DNA from: Nitrospirota bacterium | GTDB lineage: Bacteria > Nitrospirota > JACRHJ01 | Direction of reading: 5' to 3' | Length of the DNA stretch: 64,000 bases | Assembly (NCBI GenBank): GCA_963845245.1 | Contig: CAWJRJ010000022.1 | Coordinates: forward strand, 1 to 64,000 | Part shown: positions 26,409-36,015 of the stretch, piece after piece | How positions within the stretch are numbered: position 1 is the first letter of the stretch | Layout of the letters: each line of letters begins with the position of its first letter | Notes under the pieces: model-generated | The model's input: the letters and a program-made list of their open reading frames with translations, nothing else | Told to the model about the DNA's origin: nothing | The model's database searches: none | Position numbers and translations under genes: made by a program

Positions 26409-27489
26409 TCACCTTCCCCCCACCCTGCCCTCCCCCGCAGGTGGGGAGGGGAAAAGGTATATGCCACCTAGGGGGGCCGGGTACGATATCCAGACTATTA
26501 GTTCTCCCTGTATTATTACCGAGCGCTCGTGCAGCCTCTTCGCCTTTATCTTCGTGAAGCCCGCTTCCTTGAGCCAGGCGGACATCTCGCTTGCGGTATA
26601 CGTGCGGCCCGTGTTGTTCACCAGCATGTTTATGGCGAAGATAAGCGGGGGCGGAGGGCTGACCCTGTCCTCGTTCAGGGCGTTCTCGTTTATCACGATG
26701 CGCCCGCCCGGCTTCAGTATCCTGTACACCTTCTTTATCAGCGCCGACGCACTTCTTCTCGCCCGCCGCATGGAGCACCTGCGACAGAAGCGCCATGTCG
26801 TAATCGTCGCCGATGCCAAGCTCCGGCACGTCGAAGAACTCGCAGTCCACCGCCTTTATCCTCTTCTGAAGGCCGTATTTCTTTATGTATCCCCTTGCCA
26901 CCCTGACGGTGCTCGGGTAGTCCGCCACAATAAAGCCGGTGTCCGGGTTCTTCTCCGAAAATGCGATGGGATATTGGGCCGGGCCGCCGCCGATGTCCGC
27001 CATCTTCATGACACCTTTGAGGTCTATGTGCTTCGCGAGAAGCCTCGCCGTACCCATCCCTATCTCGAACATCCCGCATATGAAGTTGCGGTTTCTGTGT
27101 TTGTCCGTCAGGATGCTCGGGACGCCGGGCTTCTTCGGCCTGCCTTTTTTTATTATCGCATCCAGCCTGTTCCAGGACTCGTACATGTGGTTCATGTGGG
27201 TGGCTATGCAGGAGAGGCCTTCATCCGAATCCGTACCCAGATACTTCTCAATGTCCGGCGCGTTCTTGTACCTGCCCGCCTTGTACGTGACCAGCCCGAG
27301 CCCGACAAGCGCACCGAGCAAAAGACCTGTGGCCTCGGCGTCGAGCTTCAAACCGCTTGCGACCTCTGCCGCAGTGCGCGACTTGCTTCCGATGAACTTG
27401 AATATACCAAGCTCGTTCGCAGTCAGCAGTATCTTGGAGTACTGGAACCCGGCCGCCATGCTTATTACCCTGTCCTGGTTTATCTCCAT
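26409..27489 (-). CDS. SAM-dependent O-methyltransferase (family 2, N-terminal dimerisation domain); apparent indel near 26745
   Basis: [44 protein letters not shown]. Confidence 0.88.
26416..26452. repeat. G/C-rich palindromic repeat CCCCCACCCTGCCCTCCCCCGCAGGTGGGGAGGG
   Basis: CCCTCCCC/GGGGAGGG hairpin of the widespread CCCCACCC..CCCTCCCC..GGGAGGG intergenic repeat type. Confidence 0.65.
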
Positions 27490-27507
27490 GTGTTCTCCTA
27501 TCTATAT

Positions 27508-28266
27508 TTAAATTTCAATCCTCATGCCGTCATATCCAAGCTCCACACCCTTGGGGAGTGATGCGTTGACCTCGTCGTATTCCAGGTTGTGCGCCATATG
27601 GGTAAGGATGGAACGTTCCGCCCCTATCCGTCCTGCAACCTCCACTGCCTGCTCGAGCGTTATGTGCGACGGGTGCGGTTCGCGACGGAGTGCCTCAAGC
27701 ACCAGCACCTTCACACCTTTCAGCAGTTCCTCCGATTCCTCCGGTATCTCGCTAAAGTCCGTGATGTATGCAAAGTCTCCGAAACGGTAACCGTAGATCG
27801 GCAGGCTGCCGTGCATAAGTTCGATGGGGGTAATCTTCTGCCCGAACAGCTCGAAAGGCCCTTCGATTTCCTGTGTGACGAGGTTCGGCTGCCAGCCGGG
27901 TAGGCCGGGGTTGATGAATATGTATTTGAACGTCTCGCGGAGGTATTTAAGGGTCTCGGCGGCTCCGTAACAGGTGATGGCCATCCCTTGCAGCCAGTTG
28001 AAACGCCGCAGTTCGTCGATGCCGTGTATGTGTTCGGCGTGCGGGTGGGTATAGAGCACCGCGTCCACATGCTCGATGCCGTTTGCGATCGCCTGCGCCC
28101 GGAGGTCGGTCGTGGTGTCCACAAGGATGTTCTTGTCCCCGACGGTGACCAGGACCGAGGAGCGGGTGCGCCTGTTTTTCGGGTTGGTCGAGGTACAGAC
28201 CGGACATTTGCAGGCTATCATCGGCACGCCGAAAGAGGTGCCGCAACCGAGTATCGTCACTTCCAT
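27508..28266 (-). CDS. MBL-fold metallohydrolase (PhnP-like)
   Basis: LGCGTSFGVP..CKCPVC, RTRSS, HPHAEHIHG, AYITD, HPSH, LTHMAH, YDG. Confidence 0.92.
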   Translation of the reverse strand: MEVTILGCGTSFGVPMIACKCPVCTSTNPKNRRTRSSVLVTVGDKNILVDTTTDLRAQAIANGIEHVDAVLYTHPHAEHIHGIDELRRFNWLQGMAITCYGAAETLKYLRETFKYIFINPGLPGWQPNLVTQEIEGPFELFGQKITPIELMHGSLPIYGYRFGDFAYITDFSEIPEESEELLKGVKVLVLEALRREPHPSHITLEQAVEVAGRIGAERSILTHMAHNLEYDEVNASLPKGVELGYDGMRIEI

Positions 28267-28392
28267 TTGCTATCCTCCCGATGCAGAAAAAAATTCTATA
28301 ACAAAAATAGGTATTTTGCAACACGCTCTTGGGATACTGGCCCGGAAAACCCCTTTTTTTGTTATATTTTAAGAGTAAGGTAATAATTGGAG

Positions 28393-29885
28393 ATGGATAT
28401 GGAAAAGCTGAAAAACTACATAGATGGGGAATGGGTGGACTCCTCAGGCGAGGAGAGGTTCGAGACCCTGAACCCCGCGACCGGAGAGGTATTGGGCGAT
28501 GCCCCGGTCAGCACCCACGAGGATATAGACCGCGCAGTTGCGGCCGCGAGGGAGGCATACAAGAAGTGGCGGCTCGTTCCGGCACCGAAGCGCGGCGAGA
28601 TAATCTTCCGGGCGGCAGAGGCGCTGCTGACGGACAAACAGCGGCTCGGCGAGCTGGTGACGGCCGAGATGGGCAAGGTAATAGCGGAAGGGCTGGGCGA
28701 CGTGCAGGAGGCCATAGACATGGCCTACTACATGGCGGGCGAGGGCCGCAGGCTGTCAGGCGAGACTATACCGTCGGAGCTTCCCGAGAAGGACTGCAAA
28801 TCGGTGCGGGTGCCTGTCGGAACGTTCGCGCTGATCACGCCCTGGAACTTCCCCACCGCCATACCTTCGTGGAAGATATTCCCGGCGCTTGTATGCCGGA
28901 AATACCGTCATTTTCAAGCCCAGCAGGTATACGCCGATATGCGGCACGGAGATAGTAAGGAAGCTCGTTGACGCCGGAATACCCAAGGGCGTCCTGAACC
29001 TCATACACGGCCCCGGCGGCGAAGTGGGCGAATACCTTGCCACTCACAACGGGCATAGACGGCGTATCGTTCACCGGGTCGTCCGCAGTGGGCGGCAGGC
29101 TGGCGGGTATGTGCAGCGCGCCGGGCAAGGGCATATCGTGCGAGATGGGCGGCAAGAACGCGATAATCGTCATGGAGGACGCCGACCTCGGCCTTGCCGT
29201 GGAGGGCGCGATATGGGGCGGCTTCGGGACCACGGGCCAGAGGTGCACCGCCGCATCGAGGGTGATCGTCCAGAAAGACGTGCATGACAAGTTTCTTGAG
29301 AAGTTCATGGCCACAGCAAAAGGGTTGAGGATCGGAAACGGCCTGAGGCACGACATTGACATGGGGCCGCTGGTGAGCGAGGAACAACTTGAAAAAGTCG
29401 TGGGGTACATAAAGGTGGGACTGTCCGAAGGCGCGACGCTGGTAATGGGCGGCAAACGTTGCTCTGGCGACGGGCTTGACCGCGGGTATTTCTTCGAGCC
29501 CACTATCTTCACGAACGTCAGACCCAATATGCGCATCGCGCAGGAGGAGATATTCGGGCCCGTGGTTTCCGTATTAAAAGCTGAAGACATTCGGGATGCG
29601 CTTGATATTGCCAACGGCGTGGAGTACGGGCTTGTCGATTCGATCTACACGAACAACATCAGGTACAGCGCTCTGGCGGAGCGCGACCTTGAGACCGGGA
29701 TCGTGTACATAAACGCAAGCACCATCGGCGCGGAGATACAGCTCCCGTTCGGCGGCGAGAAGAAGAGCGGCTTCGGCGGCAAGGAAGCCGGAGGCCGCGG
29801 CGGGGCGCTCGATATGTTCACCCGCTGGAAGGTGATATACAGGGATTACAGCGGTAGGCTTCAGAAGGCCCAAATAACCAGGTAG
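28393..29885 (+). CDS. NAD(P)-dependent aldehyde dehydrogenase; two apparent indels (about 28895 and 29050)
   Basis: ITPWNFP, VIFKPS, FTGS, EMGGKN, catalytic GQRCTA, EEIFGPV; C-terminus [11 protein letters not shown]. Confidence 0.93.
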
Positions 29886-29890
29886 CAAGG

Positions 29891-31171
29891 TTGGAGGAAA
29901 CCGTGGACAGCAAGGTGAGATTTTTAAAAGAACATCTGACGACGGCCTGGGGGTTCCAGACGGACCTTTTCATAAAGAGGGCTTCCGGGCTGTATCTATA
30001 TGACGAGGCCGGAAAAAGATACATGGACTTCACATCCGGCCACGCCGTCTGCAACATAGGCCACAGCCACCCCAAGGTCGTCGAGGCGATAAAGGCACAG
30101 GCGGACAGGTTCATCCATGCGGGCTCGACATTTTACTACGACTCGCTCTATGACCTGGTCGAAAGGATGATAGCTATCACACCGCCCGGGATGGACAGGT
30201 TCTTCTTTTCCAATTCAGGGTCCGAGGCGGTCGAGGGCGCGATGAAGCTCGCCCGCTACCACACAGGTAGGCAGGCAATCATCGGCTTCACCGGCTCGTT
30301 CCACGGCCGCACCTTCGGGGCCATGTCGCTTACGTCCTCAAACGCACGGTACAGGACGGCATACCAGCCGCTTCTGCCCGGGATATACCACATCACCTAC
30401 CCGTACTGCTACCGCAGCCCTTACGGGTCGAACTGCGACATTGCATCCACCGACGAACTTGAGAGGCTGTTCACTCAGAGGGTCGCCGCAAAAGACGTAG
30501 CCGCCATAATAATCGAGCCGGTGCTGGGCGAGGGCGGGTACTATCCCGCGCCCGCGGCATTCCTTGAGAAGCTCAGGGAGATATGTACGGACAACGGCAT
30601 TCTGCTTATCTTTGACGAGGTGCAGTCAGGCATCGGGCGCACCTCCAGATGGTTTGCGCTCGACCACTACGGAGTAAAACCGGACATCATCACGGTGGCA
30701 AAAGGCATCGCGTCGGGATTGCCGTTATCGGGCATCATCTCCACAGCCGGTATAATGGGTAACTGGGAACGCGGTACACACGGTACGACGTTCGGGGGCA
30801 ACCCCGTCGCATGCGCGGCAGCAACGGCAACGCTTGACGCAATAAAGGATGAGAAACTCCTTGAGAAATCCGAGAGGATAAGCCGTGGCGTATTCGAAAG
30901 GCTGTGGGGCCTAAAAGAAATAGCCCCGGTGATAGGAGACGTACGCGGCCTGGGCTATATGATAGGCATAGAATTTATTAAAAAAGAGGGCGAGCCTAAC
31001 CCGGAAGCCGTTTCGTTTATCCTCAAATACTGCCTGGAGAGAGGTCTGGTGATACTCGAAGCCGGGACATACAAGAACGTCGTACGTTTTATTCCTCCGC
31101 TCATCACGACGGAAGAGCAGATGGACGAGGCGTTGGTTATTTTCGAAGAAGCTGTAAGAAAGGCCGGATGA
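29891..31171 (+). CDS. Class-III PLP aminotransferase (4-aminobutyrate/ornithine omega-aminotransferase-like)
   Basis: NSGSEAVEGAMKLAR, SFHGRT, EPVLGEGG, DEVQSGIGRT, AKG, HGTTFGGNP. Confidence 0.93.
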   Translation: MEETVDSKVRFLKEHLTTAWGFQTDLFIKRASGLYLYDEAGKRYMDFTSGHAVCNIGHSHPKVVEAIKAQADRFIHAGSTFYYDSLYDLVERMIAITPPGMDRFFFSNSGSEAVEGAMKLARYHTGRQAIIGFTGSFHGRTFGAMSLTSSNARYRTAYQPLLPGIYHITYPYCYRSPYGSNCDIASTDELERLFTQRVAAKDVAAIIIEPVLGEGGYYPAPAAFLEKLREICTDNGILLIFDEVQSGIGRTSRWFALDHYGVKPDIITVAKGIASGLPLSGIISTAGIMGNWERGTHGTTFGGNPVACAAATATLDAIKDEKLLEKSERISRGVFERLWGLKEIAPVIGDVRGLGYMIGIEFIKKEGEPNPEAVSFILKYCLERGLVILEAGTYKNVVRFIPPLITTEEQMDEALVIFEEAVRKAG

Positions 31172-32511
31172 AACCGAAGAACGTCCTTATAATGGGCGCG
31201 GGCGGGCGCGACTTCCATAACTTCAACGTAATATTCCGCGACGACCCCACATACAACGTAGCCGCCTTCACCGCGACGCAGATACCGTATATCGAGAAAA
31301 GGACCTATCCCGCTTCACTAGCCGGGAAGCTTTACCCACAGGACATACCTATATTCCCCGAGGAAAAACTACCCGGACTCATAAAATCCCTGCATATCGA
31401 CGAGGTGGTATTCTCCTACAGCGACGTAGCCCACATGGACGTGATGCACAAGGCTTCCGAGGTGCTGGCGCTTGGCGCCGACTTCAGCTTGCTTGGGCCG
31501 GACAGTACGATGCTGAAATCTTCAGTTCCCGTTATATCCGTGTGCGCGGTACGGACAGGGAGCGGGAAGAGCCCGGTCACAAGGAGGCTTCTGGAGATAC
31601 TCAGGTTGCTTGGCAGAAGGCCTGTGGCCATACGTCACCCTATGGCATACTGCGACCTGGAGAAACAGCGCTTGCAGAGGTTCTCGACCTTTGAAGAGCT
31701 AGACGCACTCGCTTGCACGGTCGAAGAAAAGGAGGAGTACGAGCCTATAGTCGAGATGGGGTTCACTGTCTTTGCGGGCGTGGACTACGAGGCGGTATTG
31801 CGGGAGGCGGAAAAAGAGGCGGACATTATAGTATGGGACGGGGGCAACAACGACTTCCCGTTCATAAGACCTGACCTGGAGGTTGTCGTTGCAGACGCGT
31901 TGCGGCCGGGACACGGCATGTCGTACTACCCCGGTGAGACAAACCTCCGGCGGGCAGACGTCGTAATAATAAACAAGGTCGGCAGCGCGACAACCGAGGC
32001 GGTTGCCTGGATCAAAAGGAACATAAAAGCGGTCAACCCGAAGGCCAGGATTGTAACGGCCGAATCGCCTGTCCGGATCCTGATGACAACCCACAAAGCG
32101 CCGTCTTTGGAAGGACAAAGGGTCGTGGTGGTGGAGGACGGCCCCACAATTACACATGGAGGCATGGGCTACGGCGCGGGTGTTGTAGCGGCGCGCGAGG
32201 CCGGGGCGACTGTAGTAAGCCCTGTCAGGTATGCTGTTAGGACGCTGAAAGAGACGCTTGAAAAATATGGCCACATAAAGGATGTGCTCCCGGCGATGGG
32301 ATACAGCCAGGAACAGCTTGACGACTTGGCGGCAACGATAAACGCCGTTCCATGCGACGCGCTGGTGTTTGCGACTCCTGTAAACCTTATGCGGCTGATA
32401 AAGGTGAACAAGCCGGCGTACCGCGTTTCTTATGAGATAAAAGAGAAAGGCAGAACGACCATCGAGGCGATCGTGAAGGGGTTCCTCAAAAACAAAGGGC
32501 AAAACAGATGA
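31168..32511 (+). CDS. arcE: COG2403 'predicted GTPase' / cDPG-synthetase-like protein; probable arginine synthetase (ArcE) homolog
   Basis: IMGAGGRDFHNFN, AFTATQIP, P-loop AVRTGSGKS, RHPM, EEKEEYEP, WDGGNND, VEDGPTITHGGM, LPAMGY; translationally coupled to carbamate kinase. Confidence 0.72.
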   Translation: MKPKNVLIMGAGGRDFHNFNVIFRDDPTYNVAAFTATQIPYIEKRTYPASLAGKLYPQDIPIFPEEKLPGLIKSLHIDEVVFSYSDVAHMDVMHKASEVLALGADFSLLGPDSTMLKSSVPVISVCAVRTGSGKSPVTRRLLEILRLLGRRPVAIRHPMAYCDLEKQRLQRFSTFEELDALACTVEEKEEYEPIVEMGFTVFAGVDYEAVLREAEKEADIIVWDGGNNDFPFIRPDLEVVVADALRPGHGMSYYPGETNLRRADVVIINKVGSATTEAVAWIKRNIKAVNPKARIVTAESPVRILMTTHKAPSLEGQRVVVVEDGPTITHGGMGYGAGVVAAREAGATVVSPVRYAVRTLKETLEKYGHIKDVLPAMGYSQEQLDDLAATINAVPCDALVFATPVNLMRLIKVNKPAYRVSYEIKEKGRTTIEAIVKGFLKNKGQNR

Positions 32512-33449
32512 CAAAACCCCCGCTCGTGATAGCCATAGGCGGGAACGCACTCATCCAACGCGGAGAGCGTGGTACGCTTGAGGAGCAGGTGTCCCATGCC
32601 GACTCCTGTATGGCCCGTATCGCGGAGTTAATCGAGCCGGGACAACCAGTAATCATCACACACGGAAACGGTCCTTTCGTGGGCAACACCCTCATCCAGA
32701 TGGAATGCGCCAGGGAGACTATACCGCCCATGCCGCTGTTCATCGCGGATGCCGACTCGGAAGGCGGTATAGGGTTTATCCTCCAGCAGTCACTCTATAA
32801 CCAGCTTGCAAGGCTTGGCAAAAAGGTCAACGTCGTTTCGGTTGTCACCCAGGTGGCGGTCGATAAGAACGACCCGGCATTCATATGGCCTTCGAAACCC
32901 GTAGGACCGTTTTACTCGGCGGAAGAGGCAAAGTCCATGACTACTTTACTGGGCTGGGTAATGCTTGAGGACGCCGGACGCGGCTGGCGCAGGGTGGTGC
33001 CCTCGCCAAGGCCATTGCGGATAATAGAGGCCGATACAATAAGGCGGATAGCAGAGGGCGGGGATATCGTGATCGCCGCCGGCGGAGGAGGAGTGCCCGT
33101 GGTCGAGGACGAGAGCAGACTGCTCAAAGGCATCGATGCCGTGATAGACAAGGACCTCGCGTCAAGCCTTCTTGCCAGACAGGTCGGTGCGAAAAAGCTT
33201 ATAATACTCACATCGGTAGACTGCGTATATCTGGATTATGGGAAACCTGCGCAGAGTGCGATAGCAAGGATGGGTGTTAACGATGCAATAGATTATCTGG
33301 CGCAGGGCCAGTTCCCGCCGGGGAGCATGGGGCCAAAAATTCTTGCTGCGATCGAGTTCATCGGGGGAGGCGGCAAGGAAGTTACAATAACGTCGCCGGA
33401 GAAACTTGAAGAAGCCGTATGCGGAAAAGCCGGGACGGTTATTTGTTGA
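32508..33449 (+). CDS. arcC: Carbamate kinase
   Basis: IAIGGNAL, ITHGNGP, PSKPVGPFY, EDAGRGWRRVVPSP, GGGGVPV, AVIDKD, GSMGPK. Confidence 0.96.
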   Translation: MTKPPLVIAIGGNALIQRGERGTLEEQVSHADSCMARIAELIEPGQPVIITHGNGPFVGNTLIQMECARETIPPMPLFIADADSEGGIGFILQQSLYNQLARLGKKVNVVSVVTQVAVDKNDPAFIWPSKPVGPFYSAEEAKSMTTLLGWVMLEDAGRGWRRVVPSPRPLRIIEADTIRRIAEGGDIVIAAGGGGVPVVEDESRLLKGIDAVIDKDLASSLLARQVGAKKLIILTSVDCVYLDYGKPAQSAIARMGVNDAIDYLAQGQFPPGSMGPKILAAIEFIGGGGKEVTITSPEKLEEAVCGKAGTVIC

Positions 33450-34671
33450 TCGTGAAGTAGAAAGTGCTGCCCTTGCCTACGTCGGAAAAGGCCCATATCC
33501 TTCCGCCGTTGCCCTCAATTAATTTCCTGCAGATGGAAAGACCAAGGCCGGTGCCGGGGATGTCCTTTGCTGAATCGGTCCTGTGGAAGGGATCGAATAT
33601 CCTGCCGAGTTCCAGGACGTCTATCCCCATGCCGTTGTCTTTTACCGAGATCTGGTAGAACATGTCCTTTTCCTGACAGGAAAGCTCGACCGACGGGCCA
33701 TCGCCCCGGCAGGAGAACTTAATGGCGTTGGATATAAGGTTGGAAAGCACCCTCTTCAGGCTTAAAGACGAGTAATGGACAACTGGAAGGTCTCCTACTA
33801 TTTTCACCAGCCAGGCCTCAACCCCCATATCGGATATAACCATGGGTATGTAGGTCTTGAGGTCAATTTTCTCCGGGTCTTTTTGTAGGGAACAAGCATG
33901 TGAAAAATCGTTCAAGCCGACTATGAGTTCGTGCATGTAGTCCGCATTTCTTGAGATGCGCTCAAGGAAGTCCGCGGCCGCAGGGTCAAGCCTGTCCGCG
34001 CCCTGCGCCGATATCAACTCGACAAACATCTTTGTGGAGTTGATCGGGTTCCTGATGTCGTGGATGACCCTCTGCACCAGAGAAGAAAACTCGTTTTCTC
34101 TCTCCGACTGAGACTCGAGGAAATGCATGTACAGGGCGAGCTGTGAGGCAATATTTTCCAGGAATTGGACGCGTTGGACGGAGACCATGCCTTTTTCGGT
34201 GTCAACCGCATGGATGAGCCCGAAATACCTGTGGCCGAAGCGTATGGGGATAACAGCGAGCGACTCCCACTTTCGTAGCACGCACTCGCCCCTGAACCTC
34301 CCTTCGCGCATTCCTCCTCTGACGACTTCAAGGCTCTGAAGCTCGTTTGTGTAAAAGGAACCGTAGGGGGTGTAAAGAGGCAGGGACGGGTCGTATTCGC
34401 CCCTGGTTATCTCAATGCACACGCATTTGTCATGACGTATGCACAGGTTGTTTTCCTTGGCCATGAAGCCGTCGGAGTATCCTGTGTAGGATGAGAAAGG
34501 GATGTTCCCCTCTTTGTCCATTACACGGATGCCTATAGCTTCTATCCTGAGGTGTGCTGCCAGGATGGCGACCAGCCGGTCCAGGACGTTATTAATCCCG
34601 GCTCTTTCATTAAAGAGACTTAGTACGTCCGCATTTACCTGCTGTTCAACCCTGTAATCGTACTCTACCAT
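33439..34671 (-). CDS. GAF-domain sensor histidine kinase (soluble, orphan)
   Basis: GAF with ESLAVIPIR..FGLIH, H-box HDIRNP, NLISNAIKF, DNGMGI, GTGLGLSIC. Confidence 0.92.
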   Translation of the reverse strand: MVEYDYRVEQQVNADVLSLFNERAGINNVLDRLVAILAAHLRIEAIGIRVMDKEGNIPFSSYTGYSDGFMAKENNLCIRHDKCVCIEITRGEYDPSLPLYTPYGSFYTNELQSLEVVRGGMREGRFRGECVLRKWESLAVIPIRFGHRYFGLIHAVDTEKGMVSVQRVQFLENIASQLALYMHFLESQSERENEFSSLVQRVIHDIRNPINSTKMFVELISAQGADRLDPAAADFLERISRNADYMHELIVGLNDFSHACSLQKDPEKIDLKTYIPMVISDMGVEAWLVKIVGDLPVVHYSSLSLKRVLSNLISNAIKFSCRGDGPSVELSCQEKDMFYQISVKDNGMGIDVLELGRIFDPFHRTDSAKDIPGTGLGLSICRKLIEGNGGRIWAFSDVGKGSTFYFTINK

Positions 34672-34781
34672 ATAACTTGAACCGGATTTATTTCATATTA
34701 CTGACTGTTCTGATTTTATTTATAACCGTCAAAAAAATCAACTAAAAACATGTGAGAATTCAAAATCAGGGAAATGTTGTG

Positions 34782-35885
34782 TCAGATGCCCGGCTCTTCG
34801 TATTTCATCTTCAGCGCCTGCGCGACCGGCTTGTTGGTCAACCGCCCCCTGTAGGTATTGAGCCCTTTCATGAGCGCCGGGTCTGCTCTCAAAGCGGCCT
34901 CAACGCCCATGTCGGCAATCCGATGCGCATAAGGCAGCGTCACGTTGGTAAGCGCAAACGTGGAGGTCCTGGGCACGGCACCCGGCATGTTCGTGACGCA
35001 GTAATGTATCACCCCGTCCACAACATAGACCGGGTCGGTATGCGACGTCGGTCTGGACGTATCGAAACAACCACCCTGGTCTATGGCAATATCCACAATG
35101 ACGGAGCCCTTCCTCATCTTCGACAGGACCTGCCTGCCGGCAAGCTTCGGGGCCTTCGCGCCCGGAACGAGGACCGCCCCGATGACCAGGTCGGCTTCAA
35201 TCATGGACTCCTCTACCACCCCCCTGTTTGATGCAAGCGTCCTTATCGTGCCGTGAAATATGTCTTCGATGTAGTCGAGCCTGTCGACGTTTGTATCGAG
35301 CACCGTGACCTCGGCTCCCATGCCGTGCGCGATCTTTGCCGCGTTCAGCCCGGCAGTGCCCGCACCGATTATGACGACCCGCGCGGGCAGGACGCCCGGC
35401 ACGCCGCCAAGAAGGATGCCCCTGCCGCCGTTGTTTTCCTGAAGGTACGACGCCCCGACCTGGATGGACAACCGGCCGGCGACCTGGCTCATCGGTTTCA
35501 AAAGCGGCAGTGAATTGTCCTCTCTCTGTATCGTCTCATATGCAATACCTGTCACCTTCCGCTCCAGAAGCAGTTCGGTGAGCCTCTTCTCGGCGGCCAG
35601 GTGCAGGTAAGTGAAAAGTATCTGCCCGGCCTTCAGCAGCCCATACTCCTGTGGCAGAGGCTCCTTGACCTTTACTATCATGTCAGCCCTTGAGAACAGA
35701 GCCTTTCGAGCGGTGATTGTGGCCCCGGCCTTCTGGTATTCGGCATCCGTTATCCCGCTCCCAATGCCCGCGCCCTTCTCGACCAATACCCTGTGGCCGG
35801 ACTGGACAAGCTCCCTGACACCTGCAGGGACCATGCCTACGCGGAATTCTTTGTCCTTTATCTCCTTCGGTACGCCGACGACCAT
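34782..35885 (-). CDS. ald: Alanine dehydrogenase
   Basis: VGVPKEIK..EFRV, VKVKEP, FTYLHLA, PMSQVAGR, DIAIDQGGC, YCVTNMPGAVPRTST; ATG at 35885 with AGGAGG SD. Confidence 0.96.
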   Translation of the reverse strand: MVVGVPKEIKDKEFRVGMVPAGVRELVQSGHRVLVEKGAGIGSGITDAEYQKAGATITARKALFSRADMIVKVKEPLPQEYGLLKAGQILFTYLHLAAEKRLTELLLERKVTGIAYETIQREDNSLPLLKPMSQVAGRLSIQVGASYLQENNGGRGILLGGVPGVLPARVVIIGAGTAGLNAAKIAHGMGAEVTVLDTNVDRLDYIEDIFHGTIRTLASNRGVVEESMIEADLVIGAVLVPGAKAPKLAGRQVLSKMRKGSVIVDIAIDQGGCFDTSRPTSHTDPVYVVDGVIHYCVTNMPGAVPRTSTFALTNVTLPYAHRIADMGVEAALRADPALMKGLNTYRGRLTNKPVAQALKMKYEEPGI

Positions 35886-36015
35886 GATAGCCTCCTTGTT
35901 TATAAGGATTATACCAAATGGAACTGAATAGACAAACATTTTCGCTCCCACAGTGTTACAGCCATACCCGTTTTTCCTTTTAATTTATGAGGGCATCGTG
36001 ATATAATCCGGTGCT

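Noticed and set aside
31168..32511. Annotation as cyclic 2,3-diphosphoglycerate synthetase or generic GTPase
   Set aside because: No 2-phosphoglycerate kinase is nearby, while coupling to carbamate kinase and the GRDFHNFN motif fit the ArcE-like branch better; not formally excluded.
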